Assembly (NCBI GenBank): GCA_031835245.2
Contig: JAVKOQ020000004.1
Location: forward strand, 248,001-312,000
Source of the DNA: Balamuthia mandrillaris
Taxonomy: Eukaryota
Length of the DNA: 64,000 nucleotides
Reading direction: 5' to 3'
Position numbers and translations under genes: made by a program. The notes under the pieces were generated by a model. That model was not told the origin of the DNA. It was given only the letters and a program-made list of their open reading frames with translations, and searched no databases. Every line of letters starts with the position of its first letter. Position 1 is the stretch's first letter. This document shows positions 39,228-51,907 of this stretch, in pieces.

Positions 39228-40155
39228 GGCGCCTTCCAAAACTTCAGGGCCATATCTTTTTGTGTTGTTGTTACGAGCAAAAAAAAAATCGGTAGTCAAC
39301 CCGATGGTTAGCTATGCCACAACATGGGATCCAACACACAACATAACAAACAGAAAAAAAAAAGTAGAGATTACCCAAGGTCAGAAGGGAAGGAAGATCC
39401 GTAGGGATACTCTTCTGTGTTGTAGTCTTCGTAGTGAGAGGGCCGAAAAAAAAAAATAAACCACAAGGAGGGGAAAAACAAGAAAAGAAAAGAAACGAGG
39501 AGGACAAAAAAAAAAAGAGAGAGTTAAGGATTGCTTCGATCAAACCAAAATCAAAATCAAATCCGACTTGAGAAAGAAAGAAAAAGGATATCATTTTTTT
39601 TTTGGTTGGAAGTTGAATCTAGCTACTACCAAAAAGGGTGGTTTGGGCTCAAAGGACACACAAACGTTACAGCAGCAAGCAGCAGCACAAGAAGAAGAGG
39701 AAGAAGGCAAACAACAACAACACGCTGCCGTCAAGTTCTTTTCTTCCTCTTTTTCTTTCGGTGTCGGCACGTTTCTTTCCAGACGTGATATTTTTTGCCG
39801 ACAATATGAGGGTCATTCCCTTGCGGTTCGAAAAATATCTCCAATTCTATTCATTCCATTGTAGCAGTTGATGATGCGTTCAAATGCCTGAAATTCCTAT
39901 CCAATTCATTCCTCAAAATTCTTTTCATTCCGTTTTTGAAGATGAATTCATGGAATTCCATGCGTGCCTTCGTATTTAAAATTCTTTAGATACCGAATGT
40001 GGAGTTGATGATGAGGTGTTCCTGTTTTTTTCTAAAACCAAAAAAAAAAAATCGAAATTTCGAATTTTTGAAGAAGAAAGAAAAGAAAAGAAAGAAGAGA
40101 GAGGAGAGAGGTTTTTTTTTTGTGGTTTCATCCAACGCCATCCCTTTTCACAACC

Positions 40156-41800
40156 ATGCCAAAGTCTCGCAGAAACAAACTTAGTATGTTTTCTTTTGTT
40201 TGAAGTTAATTTTTTTTTGTTTTATTGAAATGCGGAGCTTTTTTTTTCCCTCATATTTCCATCTAATCTCCTCTGTGTTCTCTGCTCTCTCTCTCTCTGC
40301 TGCTGCTGCTCTATTCGTTGTAAAAAAAAAAAGTCACTCTTGCCAGAACGGAAAAGCGGGTGGGAGAGCGGAAGGAAACGTTGGTGACCCAAATCCGGGA
40401 GAGCGTCAGCCAGTTCCAGACCATTTATGTCTTTACCACGCAGAACATGCGGACCAACTACCTTAAGGAGGTTCGATCGCATTGGGCCGCCAGCAGGTTC
40501 GCTTTTTTCTTGTATTTTCTGTTTCTTTTTTACATGTGGTTTGTCTTGTTCTTTCTTGTTGTTTCTTTCTTCTGTTCTTGTTCTTGTCGTTTCTTTCTTG
40601 TCGTCATGCTATCTTTGTCATTTCCTTTCTTCCGTTCCTTCTTTCTCTGAGCACTTATATTGTTTCTCTCTTGTTCTTGTTCTTGTTCTTGTTCTTGTTC
40701 TTGTTCTTGTTCTTGTTCTTGTTCTTGTTCTTGTTCTTGTTCTTGTTCTTGTTCTTGTTCTTGTTCTTGTTCTTGTTCTTCTTCTTCTTCTTCTTCTTGT
40801 TCTTGTTCTTGTTCTTGTTCTTCTTCTTCTTCTTCTTCTTCTTCTTCTTCTTCTTCTTGTTCTTCCTCTTCTTCTTGTTCTTCTTGTTCTTCTTGTTCTT
40901 GTTCTTCTTCTTCTTCTTCTTGTTCTTCTTCTTCTTGTTCTCAACGAAACAAACTGACAACAATGAGAATAGATTTTTCTTGGGCAAGAATAAAGTGATG
41001 CAAATTGCGTTGGGCCGTTCCGCACAAGAAGAAGCTGCTGAAAACTTGCACCTCCTTAGCAAGGTTAGTTTCCTCTTTCATGCTTTTCTTGTTGTTTCAT
41101 TTCCCATCGTTTCTTTGTCGTTTTGTTTGGTTCTCTCTCTTGCTATTTCTCATTCCCCATTTATAAATTTCATTTGCTCAGGAAGTAACTGGTAACTGTG
41201 GTCTTCTTTTCACAAACTCTTCTCGCGCCGAAGTCGAAGAGTACGTTCTTCTTTTTCTTCCGTTCAAAACAACATAGAAACAAACTAACAAAAATAAACA
41301 AAAAATCAGATTCTTCAAAAACTACACAAAGAAAGATTTTGCTCGCAGCGGCTCTCCCGCAACGGAAACGGTGCATCTATCAATGGGTCCTCTTGAACAG
41401 TTTTCTCATTCCATAGAGCCTTTCCTTCGGAAACTTGGAATGCCCACTAAACTTCAAAAAGGTTTTACTTTCTTTCTCCTCTCTCTCTCTCTCTCTCTCT
41501 CTTGTTGCTTATCTTGACACACCAAAAGGTGTTATCCATTTGGAACGAGATTACACGGTGTGCAAAGAAGGAGAGCCACTCACACCAGAACAAGCAAAGA
41601 TACTGGTACCTTTTTATTGCTTTCTTTCGTTCCCCATTCTCCATTTCGTCCTCCTCTTTCTTTTCCATTCGCTTTTCATTCCATTTCTCACTTTAACAAC
41701 GTATTCTCTGTAGCAATTGTTGGGAATGGAAACTGCAGAGTTTCACATAGAACTCACTCACGTGTGGCACGATGGCAAGTTCCAAAGTCTTCTTGAATGA
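40156..41800 (+). CDS. MRT4: Ribosome assembly factor Mrt4 (uL10 paralogue), multi-exon
   Basis: MPKSRRNK, NMRTNYLKEVR, RFFLGKNKVMQIALGR, GLLFTN, DFARSG, EPFLRKLGMPT, YTVCKEGEPLTPEQAKIL. Confidence 0.94.
40670..40941. repeat. (TTGTTC)n/(TTC)n intronic microsatellite in MRT4
   Basis: Mixed tri- and hexamer array. Confidence 0.9.
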
Positions 41801-41972
41801 GTTTGGAAAAGCAAAAACAAAAACAAAACTATCTTCAGGTTCTCTCTTTCGCTTTTTCTTTCTTTCCTTCTTAAGAAAACAACAATTATTTGGCCCTATT
41901 CTCCTTTGTTCTCCTTCTTCTATTGTGTCATTCCTCCTTGGTGCTTCTCTTTTACTTCTTTCTCCCGTTTTG

Positions 41973-43252
41973 TTATTGTCGCAGACGATTTGCGAGAGAA
42001 GACTTGCGAGCAAGAACCACCAACACAAAGCGATGCGCCACCAAGCCGACCAAATAAATGCTCGCCAACCACAAGTAGATATCTCTCTCTCCTTCTTCTC
42101 CTTCGTCGTTCTTTCTAAATTGTGATAAATATTTATCACTCGTCGATGAAGCAGAATGAAGAAGAGCAGAAGGAGAAGCAGAGGATAAAGAAGATGAAAA
42201 GGAGGGTTCAGGAGAGGTGTTGGTGTGGTCTTTGATCCACCGGATGAAGGTGGAGAGGTTTTGTTGGTAGACGTGCCTAGCGCCTGCTGTGCCGCCTTTG
42301 AACAGAACGACTGTCGGCATTCCTCGCAGCGAAAGTTCTGCGGCAACACTTTGTTTCGGGATGATGAGAAAGAAGAAGAAAAGAGTAAGAAGAGGCGTGA
42401 GAGGCGAAGAGAAAAGAAGAGGAAAGAGAAAAAAGAAGAGTGCGCAAGACAAAGAAAAAGAGAAAGAGAAAGAGAAAGAGAAACGACGAAAGAGAAACGA
42501 CGAAAGAGAAAGAGAAAGAGAAAGAGAAAGAGAAAGAGAAAGAGAAAGAGAAAGAGAAAGAGAAAGAGAAAGAGAAACGACGAAAGAGAAACGACGAAAG
42601 AGAAAGAGAAACGACGAAAGACCGAAGAGGAAAAGACCGTACTAAGGATAGAGGTCAAGGTTAAGGGCAAGAAAGGGAATGGAGGGAAAGAGCCTTGCAG
42701 CGGCGGCATACGCTGGTGCCATCTGCGCACTAAATGGACACTGCACAGAACAAAAGCAAACAACGTGAGAACAAGAACAAGAACAAGAAGAAAGGAAGTG
42801 AAAGAGGGGGGAAAAAGAGATACCCATGGAGCGTAGAATTGAACGAGGTGATATTCAGGAGTAAATGCTTTGTCCAACAACCTTCTCAGCTCCTCCTCGC
42901 TTACTTCTATCACACGAGTCGTCGCTGCCAACGAAAGATCTAAACAACAAAAAAAAAGAGGTTCAGATGAAAGAAAAAAAAGAAAGGAAGAGCAAGCATG
43001 AAGATGAACAAAACTGGAAATCGCTGGGCAATGCTTTTCCTTGGAGAGGGTGGTGGTCACTGGGGCGAACAGGTCGGAGAAGGCAACGGATGGGCGTCGT
43101 ATGGCCGCTGGACATGTGGGCGGTGGTCGTTGTTGTTCGGAAGTGCCACCGCCTCTGTGGGTGGCACCTGCGCCAAGAAGGACCAGGAGAAAGAGGAACG
43201 AGAGGGGGAATATCCGCTGCACGACGTTACACCTCCTCCTGCTGTGCCTCAT
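41973..43252 (-). CDS. Type I membrane thioredoxin-domain protein with WCPFS site (TXNDC15 / plant APRL-like), spliced
   Basis: Signal peptide-like N-terminus, VQFYAPW|CPFSAQMAPAY, LRGMPTVVLF, C-terminal TM segment DIYLWLASIYLVGLV. Confidence 0.78.
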
Positions 43253-44070
43253 CGTTTTCCTTCTGATAATTTTTCTTTCTTTTCCATTTTTTTGTTGTTG
43301 GGGCGGCAATAGTTGGCGATTATTCAACTATTATCGATAATCTTTGACAATCGAAAATGTTTTTTATAATGGTTGACATTCCACCTATTTTTCGACAATT
43401 ATGGAGAAAATGGCACAAGATCTATAAAATTGTCAACTTTTTGCATGTTTATTGATTTTTCAGATTTTTACACAACAATTATTGATATTTAACGGACGTG
43501 TCCTCTGTCGTCCTTCATTCTTCTTGCTCCGGTCATCATTCCCCCCCCCCTCGTTCTTCTTCTCTTCTATGAGATCTTTCTTCTTCTTCTCTTCTTGTTC
43601 TCTCATGTTGTTACATCCATCTCTTCGTTGTCATTCACACCAACAGCTCTCCAACTTTTCTTCCTTCTCTCTCATCCCTCTTTCTCTATCTACAAGCCGA
43701 ACCAACAAAAGAGAGCAAAGCATCCCAACCGCAGGTGGAGTTTATCTTACAACGTTTTGTTGTAAGGTAACAGAACCATAGCTCAACTCCGTGTTACTTC
43801 ACAATTGCGTTATGAGGTTGTTTTTGTTTCAGAAAGAACCGAGTCAACTCCAGGAATATGGAGAGACTCAGGCCACCCTTTTTAAGGATGTAGACCGTGA
43901 ACCAGTCAAACTTGCGTAATCGTGGATATTAGCAATTTTTGGATTTCTCGGCTTGGTCCTTTTATACCCTTCGGCCTTACCTATCTGTTATGGGACTCTC
44001 TTGAAATTCAAGTGTTACGCTTCGACTCCAGCTGCCCATAATGAATGTTTGTCTCTTCTAATTTTTTGGT

Positions 44071-46652
44071 TTATTGGTCTTTACTTTTTGCAGAGGGAGC
44101 TTGTCCTCCTCCATCAGCATCCGCAAGCTCCATTGGGGAGGCGGATGCGTTCTTGTTGTTGCTGTTGTTCTTGTGTTGTGTTATTGTTGCTATTGCTCGT
44201 TTGTTTTGTGACTTTGTTGAAGTTGAAGAAGAAGAAGCGTTATTTCCCGTCGTGTTCTCGTCGGGAGGAGAAGTAGAAGAGAAAGAAGGAGAAGGAGGGG
44301 GAGAAGAAGCAAAAGAACGTGGCCAGAAAAAAGAAGAAGAAGAAGCAGAGAGGAGTGGATCTTCCTCGCCCATTGCCGAAGGTTGTTCTCTCTTTTGCAG
44401 TTCTGCCAAAGCTTCTTGGTATTGGTTAACTAAACGTTGGCATGCTCTGTTGGTGGCTCCCATTATCGGCAACAATTGTTTCAACAATTCTCTTCTTGAG
44501 AGTCCCAATATAAATGGATGCCATCCACCGCTTTCTTCTTCTCGTTTATCACGAACATTGGATAGCCTTTGCAAATCTTTTATCCTTTTTTATTTATTGA
44601 AAAAGAAAGTGAGAAGATTGAGAGAGGAAAGAAGATAAGCAGACACGCAGAGAAGAGGCAAAAGAAAAGAATAAGATGAGAGGTGAAAGAGAAAGATACC
44701 GGCCCGGGGGTCCAAGAAGGGAAGTGCAAAGCTCGTTAAGACGAGGAAGGGCGGCTTCAGCGGAGAGATAACGGACATAAGCCTGTAGCCAGTACTTGTA
44801 CTCAGTCGCGGAACCCATAACCAAAGCTGCTCCTATTTGGCTCTGTTTTTTGAAGGTGCAGAACAAAGGGTAAATAGGAATAGAGAATTAAGAGAACGAG
44901 AAAAAAACAAGGAAAGTTAATAACCTCAAGATGAGATATCGTTTCAGCGCTTTGCTGCTCTACAGACGCGTTGAAGAGAGCTACAGCGTCGCTGCCGCCA
45001 CTCTTCCAAGGGGTCATGGCTTGAATCTTGGCCAAAGGTCCAATGGTAAAAGAAGAGGGAGAAGAAGAAAGAAAAGTGCCTGCATGAGAGTTGAAACGGG
45101 AATGAGGAAACTCATTGTCTGTGACCCGTAGCCACGCTCGCATCTGCTTGTGGAACACGAACGAGTGATGGTTGCTGAGAGTGATGATAGGTTGGGCTTC
45201 GTCCGTCACTTCTGTTCTTACTGTATAGAATAAGAACGACAAACAATAAGAATGAAATACAAGGATAAGAATAAGAAAGGAAAGGAAGGAAGAAAAAACG
45301 AACATATCCGAAGGTTTGGCTGGTTTTCAAGTAGTTCTGTCATGCTTTCCTTGGAGATGGCTCTCAGTTCAAGAATGTCCCTGAAGACAGCGCAATGAGG
45401 AAATACAAAACAAGGTGAAAAGGAAGGACGTATATACTAACCATATGCTGACGTTCCCGTCCCGAGTGATTGCCATCAGATACCGCGAAGCATCCGTTTC
45501 TAAATGAACAACGGCGTTGCCTAAGCAGATACACGGAAGCAGCTGTTTTTTTGGTTTAGAAAACTTCGTCAGCCCAAATGAAAAAGAAATTAAACAAGAA
45601 GAAACGTGCACCCTTCGTCCTGCAGGAGAATAGACGATTAAAGAGCCATCCGCACAGCCCGCGGCAGCAAAGCTTTGATTGCCAGCCAATGCCGTGACTC
45701 GCTGCGAGACAATGTCTTGCCACAAAGTGGCCCGCTCCCTGCATGCTATTACCGAAGAATACTTTCCCGCCTCCGAGGAAGGGGTGATGGTAGCTTCCAA
45801 GAGAGGCTCGGGGGGAGGCATTATTCCTCCACTTCCATCCGCTGCTGTTGTTCCATCTGTTGCTGTCACACTTGAGGGAGCAAGTGAAAATGAAGAGGAC
45901 GAGTCACTCGTGAAGGCCATTAACGGCCGTGGAGAGGTTTTGAACTGTTTGGCCAATCTGGTGATAATGGGTGGCGCTGGTAACAAATACTTTACAGTTG
46001 CTCCTTTCAAGGAAGTAGAGGAAGATTGTGAAGAGAGAGTGGTTGAGGAGCTTTCTTTTTTCGTCAGTGTGGAAGACTTCTTTGAAGATTTGGGAGAAGC
46101 GCTGGTTGAGGATGGTTTGGAAGAGGTGGAGGCAGATTTCTTCCTCTTCTTTTTTGAATCACTTTCTTTCTCTTTGCCTTTCACACTTTTCGTCTTGCTA
46201 CTGCCATTTGCTTTGGGAGTGGTTTTGGGCGTAGTTTTAGGTGTGGTTTTCCTGGTTTCTGGTGATTTAGTGGTAGCTGCCGTTGTCGTTGTTGCCTTGG
46301 AGGTCGCTTCAAATGAATGTGTTGCTAAGTTCATTTCTTCGTTTTCTGTAAGTTTGGCTTTTTTGGTTGGTCTATTTGTAGGGCTTTCGCTGCTGTGACG
46401 AAAATAAAATATCAGAGAAAGAGAAAACGAGAGGAAAAAGCGAAAAGGACAAAAGGATAGAAGATACCCGCTCGTTTGTTGTAACGCAGTAGTAACTATA
46501 GAGGGGAGGTTAGGTGTAGTGGAAGTTGTAGCGTCCATATCCGTAGGAGATGTAGCAGGTTGCGAAGTTTGGCCTTGTTGGGAGAGCGAACTGTTGGAAG
46601 GACTGTAATCTATCGGATTCCATTGTTTACGTGCTACAGGTGAGGTAGCACT

Positions 46653-46685
<33 letters not shown>

Positions 46686-47699
46686 CGAGGGTTTAAAAGC
46701 CAGAAGAAAAAAAAAGAAAAAAGAAAAAAGACTAGACTAAATACCCTAAGAATTGGGGCGTGATGCGGCGCTTTCCGTTCTTTAAACGAGTTTCCACCTG
46801 CTTCGAAGCAATAGGACTTGGCGTTGCAGCCGCTCTCGAAGGACGAGGACTAAGAAGAAATGAAGAGCTGCTTCTTCTGGTCAGATTCTCGCGCTCGAAC
46901 TCCAGCTGCTCCGGAGTCTCTGCGAGAAAGATGGAGGCGGCTTGATGATTAGTAGCAAATGCGGCCTCTCCGTATAGGCCCACCAACATCTTTTTCTGCT
47001 CTGCTGGCGACATGGCAATGCCCAGTTGTTGCTCGTTGAATTGAAATAAGGTGACGGTCCCATCTGTCGAGCAGCTCAAAAGGCTTTTGCCGTCGCTACT
47101 CCAACTCAGGTCCAAGATGCTTTGGCGGGATACGTCGGAAGCCACCATCAATGGCATCTTTGTGGCAGTTGACCATAAAGAAATGCCACAATCTTGACTC
47201 CCTATTTATCATTAAACATTTAGAAAAGATGAAAAAGGAAGGAAAGGTGAGAAAGAGTACCGAGAACACAATAGCTGCAAGGCTGCTTTTCTGCGCCTAC
47301 TCTAAAAACAACAGGATTGAATTTCTACGAGAATAATGACAAAGGTAAGTTTTAAATATGAGGGTGGGGGAGGAAGGGAGAGAGCTTACAGCGCAGACAA
47401 CAGGCTTCTTGTGACCCACAAAGTCGCAATAGACGTCGTCCCATTTGGACCGCTCCAAGATGGGAGCCACATGAGAAGGGCCGCTGAAGCCATAGGATGT
47501 GGCAAGGAATGTGCCATCCGGAGACCAACTTATCCGTCGAAAAAAGCAAGAGGAAGAAGAACGTTGGTAAGGTTTCTTCACTTGTGCCTCCATCTTCCAA
47601 TCGCTAGTTCTCCAAATTATAACCGACTTGTCATCCGACTGTTACAACAACAAAGGCCAACACAAGCACATCAAATTAGAATTACTTAATGAATAAGAA

Positions 47700-47746
<47 letters not shown>

Positions 47747-48684
47747 CGCGCAGAGTAGACAATAACCTGACTAGCAATGTATTTGCCCAAGGGACCCCAT
47801 GCTACGCCCTTGACAAATTCCATGTGGCCATTGAGGCGAGCCAGTATGGTGGCTTTGGGTATGTCCCACACGATTACTTCGTTTGCCAGACTGCAACTCA
47901 CGAGCATTGTCCCATCTGGAGACCAACACAGATCCACCACATCTTTAAAAAAAAAGACAATAATAAGGATACTGAAACTGGAAGAGCTAAAATAGCAGGA
48001 GAACCAGAAGAAGAAAGCAGAAGAACACCAACCACAAAAAACAGCAGAATGGTGTACCTTTAATGTGACCATGGAGAGAAGCGCAGCGACACCAATTCTC
48101 CACGTTGGGCGCCTCGTCCGAGCCAAAGGCAGGGGTGGCCCTCCCCTCCCTCAGCTCCCAGATGAGCACCAGCTTGTCGTCCGAGGCGGTGGCCAGGTAG
48201 CGCCCGTCCGGGCTGAAGCGCACGCAGTTGACGGGGCTGCCCTCCTCCATCACTGCCAGTAGCTTCGGCACCGACTCGCTGGCGTCCAACTCGGGAGAGG
48301 CCAAAGCCAACAAGTTCCATATCTTGATCTTGTTGTCTTTGTGTGGACAGAAGAAGAAGGGGCGAAAACCACAAAAAAAAAGATAACAAAATCAAAGAGG
48401 AAGTTGAAAGTGAGTGTGATGAAAGTCGATGGTTGATGGAAAAAAGAATAGTGGAGGGAGACAAAGAAAGAAAAAAGTACCCCCACCGCCAGTGGCGAAG
48501 CGAGTGCCATCAGGATGTATGTCTACTGAGAAAATGGGATACTCTGATGGAATTAAAAAAATAAAAAAAAAATGGATGAGTGTCACCAGTCGCTTCAGTT
48601 TGATGTTGATCCCGAAGAAGGAAAAAGATTACCGCTATGGGAGACCCATTCAGGTTGAGCGATGCTGACCTTGGATGCGCTCAT
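44071..48684 (-). CDS. HIRA: Histone H3.3 chaperone HIRA, multi-exon
   Basis: QPEWVSH, PIFSVDIHPDGTRFATGG, VNCVRFSPDGRYLA, NVENW, DVVDLCWSPD, VKGVAW.P.GKYIASQ, FFRRISWSPDG, B motif KQVETRLKNGKRRITP, ISHLE..EYKYWLQAYVRYL. Confidence 0.95.
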
Positions 48685-49734
48685 TGTGTGCAATCGTTAT
48701 CTCATCGGCCGCCTATATATTCCAATATCGACTGATTGTGTGGCGGTGCGCTCGATCCCTTCCTTCCTTCTCGACCAGGCTTCAGTCCAGGATCCAAGGC
48801 TGTCCTCGTTTTTCTCTCGCTCCCTCTGTTTCTCCCTTAACTTCCACCAAAAGGCCTCAATTCGAATGCCCCACGCAAAGTCGAATAGCCAGGCCCTCCA
48901 CTTAACAAACCACAGAAAGAAAGCAAAGCTAAAAAATGAAAGAAGGCAAGAGAGAACGAGAGAATGAAAAAAAAAAAAAAAAGAAACACCAAAGAGGGGG
49001 GGAATACAAAAAAACCAGAAATAGAAGAAGGAAGGAAGAAGAAAGGAAGAAGAAAGGAAGCAAAAACAACAGTTCAAAAAAAAACCTACGAATTAAAAAA
49101 AAACCGCAATGAGGAAGTGCAGCTGAGAGGTTTTCCTCCGCCCAAACCGAACGGAAGCAAGCATCGGCCAACCTGGTGAACCCTCGCCACCGCTCTCTGG
49201 TTGCTCCTCCCCTTCCCCCATTCCCCTGCTTACATCATCATCAGCCCTCCCTCCCAGCGGAGGGAAAAAACACATTTTGAGGTTTTTTTTCTCAAGGAAA
49301 AAGCTTTTCGGTGGGAGAGAATTCTATTAGTGTTGTTTGTTTTTTTCGACTCATGGAACGATGAACCCCCAGAGGGAGTGTGGAAGGGGCTTCCCCACAG
49401 GGTGGTTGGCACAAGAGGGGGAGGATGGAAGCAGGAGACCGGCGTGAGGGGGAAGGAACAAAAGCCAAAGAGCAGCGAAGAGCAGGAGCGTGGAGAGAGA
49501 GAACAATGGCGGGAGATTGGACGTCGACATAAAGTCGACATTAATGACATCATCAACCCAAATTTTTACCTAAAGAAGGTAAAATCTGTCCGTTCAGCCA
49601 AGTGTGACGTGTCCCACTCAATTTTTTTTTTTTGGTTGGTGATTTTTTCTTGTGACTGTGTTGTTCTTTTTTGTCGCTTTTCTGAACCGGTCCACACACA
49701 AACGCTCCTCTCTAACCTATCTCTTCTCTTCAAG

Positions 49735-50954
49735 ATGATGACAAAAACTCTGACCTTCCTCGTGGCGGTGTGCTGCTTGGGCTTCCTGGCCTTGGCTGCT
49801 GCCGATTCGGACGTTGTTGTGTTGACTGACGCAAACTTCTACGAACATATCAAAGAGGGTGATTGGCTGGTCGAGTTGTGCGTGGCTTTGCTTTTTCTTC
49901 CTTGTTTCACTGTTTAGGTTTGTGAACGACTTACAATATACAACAAATCACTCAGCTACGCTCCCTGGTGCGGCCACTGCAAGAAACTTGCTCCCACTTG
50001 GGAAGAGCTCGCCACCTCCGCCAAAGAGCATGGATTCAAGGTTGCTAAAGTAGACTGCACGGTTGAGAAACGTTTGTATATACACGTTTGGTTTTGGTTG
50101 AGAGATGGCTTTGCTAAGTTCTTACTTGCCTCTTTTCCGTTGGGCAGAGATCCCAAATTTGTTTGGCATTCGGGGTTATCCTACCATCAAATTGTAAGGC
50201 TCGCTTCTCCCTGTTATCTTCTCCTTCTCTCTTTCCTTTTTGGCCTTTCTCTCCTTCTATACTCTTTGCCTTACAACGACGTATGGTTTAAACACAGCAT
50301 CCGTGGGGACAAGTACTACGACTTTGCCAGCCAACGGACGATCGAGAAGTTCACCGAGTTCGCCAAAGGTGGCTACCAGACCGCGGACACTCACCCTCTT
50401 CCCCCTCCTCCTACCGTTGCCCCAGCAGCCGCCCCTACTACCGCCGGTGAGAAGAAGGAGGAGGCTTCTGGTGCCGCTGTCGAGACTGTCAAGCGAGAGG
50501 ATGCCAAAGATGTGGAGGACGGCGTAGTTGTCCTTACCGAAAAGAACTTTGTTGATACCACCAAAGAAGGGCTTTGGATGCTCGAGTTGTACGTCAAAAG
50601 CTCTCTCTCGCTCTGAGCCTCTCTCTCTCTCTCTCTCCCCGTCTTGTCTCCTCTCTCTTCTCCCTCTTTCACTTCTTCCTCTCCTTGTGCGAGATGCAAC
50701 CACTGGACTGATATCTCAGCATTGTTGTGGGTGAAGTTACGCTCCGTGGTGCGGTCACTGCAAGCGTTTGGCACCCACTTGGGCCGAGCTCTCCTCCCAA
50801 ACCGCCGGCAAGTTCAAGGTCGGCAAAGTGGATTGTACCGTGGAGAAGGGTGCGTTATGTCTTCTTTTGTGCCAACCGCTTCAGATTAATCTTCTTTCGA
50901 TACAGCCATCTGCGGCAAGTTGGGTGTGAAGGGATACCCCACGATCAAGCTGTA

Positions 50955-50997
<43 letters not shown>

Positions 50998-51761
50998 TCC
51001 CCTCACCAGCTCTGTCGGCTATAAGGCTCACCACGTCTGTTTAAACATAGGCGAAATGGAGACAAGCTCTATGCTTACCAGGGAGCCAGGACCGTGGAGG
51101 CTTTCCAGGAGTTCGCCAATGGCGGCTACGCCAGCGCTTCCTCCTCGGGCTTCCCCTCTTTCGAGGAGGTCAAGCTGGAGACCAAGTCGGACGCCAAGGA
51201 GACAGTTGGTGAGTACCCCAAGGAGGTCATCGTCCTCACTGAGTCCAACTTTGATGAGAAGATTGCCACTGGCGATTGGCTTGTTGAATTGTACGTCCCT
51301 TTTCTGCTTCTTCAGTTCAAGGTGAACTTTCTTATCCTTTTGGCTTGTCTGTGATGGATGAAGCTACGCCCCGTGGTGTGGTCACTGCAAGAAGCTAGCG
51401 CCAACCTGGGAGGAACTTGCCACCAAGGGCAAGACCAACGTTGCCAAGGTTGACTGTACCGTGGAGAAGAACTTGGCCAAGAGATTCGGTATCAAGGGCT
51501 TCCCTACCATCAAATAGTTGCGTGCTTCTTCCTTCCCCTTCGTTTCGTTTCATTCTCTCCCTAAACGACCTGCGTTTACACTTTTTGATACATAGCATCC
51601 GTGACGGAAAGGTGTTTGACTACAAGGGACAACGAACCGTGGAGGCTTTCACTTCCTTTGTGAACAGCGAGTACGGCTCCGCCAGCTCTGGCCCTCTGCC
51701 TGCTGCTACCGCTCCTGCTGCTCCCGCTGCCGCTGCTGGCGTCAAGCATGATGAGCTATAA
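49735..51761 (+). CDS. ER protein disulfide isomerase with three catalytic thioredoxin domains (TXNDC5/ERp46-like), HDEL
   Basis: Signal peptide, three YAPWCGHCK motifs each followed by KVDCTVEK and G(Y/F)PTIK, no b domains, C-terminal HDEL*. Confidence 0.93.
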
Positions 51762-51907
51762 ACAAAACCCTCGCGGTTATTACCATTTGACTGTGTCTCT
51801 CGAAAACCAATGAACACACGTGGAGTCACCCTATATGACCGTGTTATTAGTTGTTTGTGCAAGCAAAAAAAAAACCAAAAGGAAGCTCAAACCTGACACA
51901 GTGAACG

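Noticed and set aside
43930..44020. U2, U4 or U5 snRNA call from an Sm-like site and short matching words
   Set aside because: The diagnostic elements are absent or in the wrong order. Retained only as an unclassified structured-RNA candidate.
51513..51518. Apparent in-frame TAG after the third PTIK of the PDI (readthrough or pseudogene)
   Set aside because: The TAG straddles a GT donor at the same position as introns in repeats 1 and 2; splicing restores the frame to HDEL.
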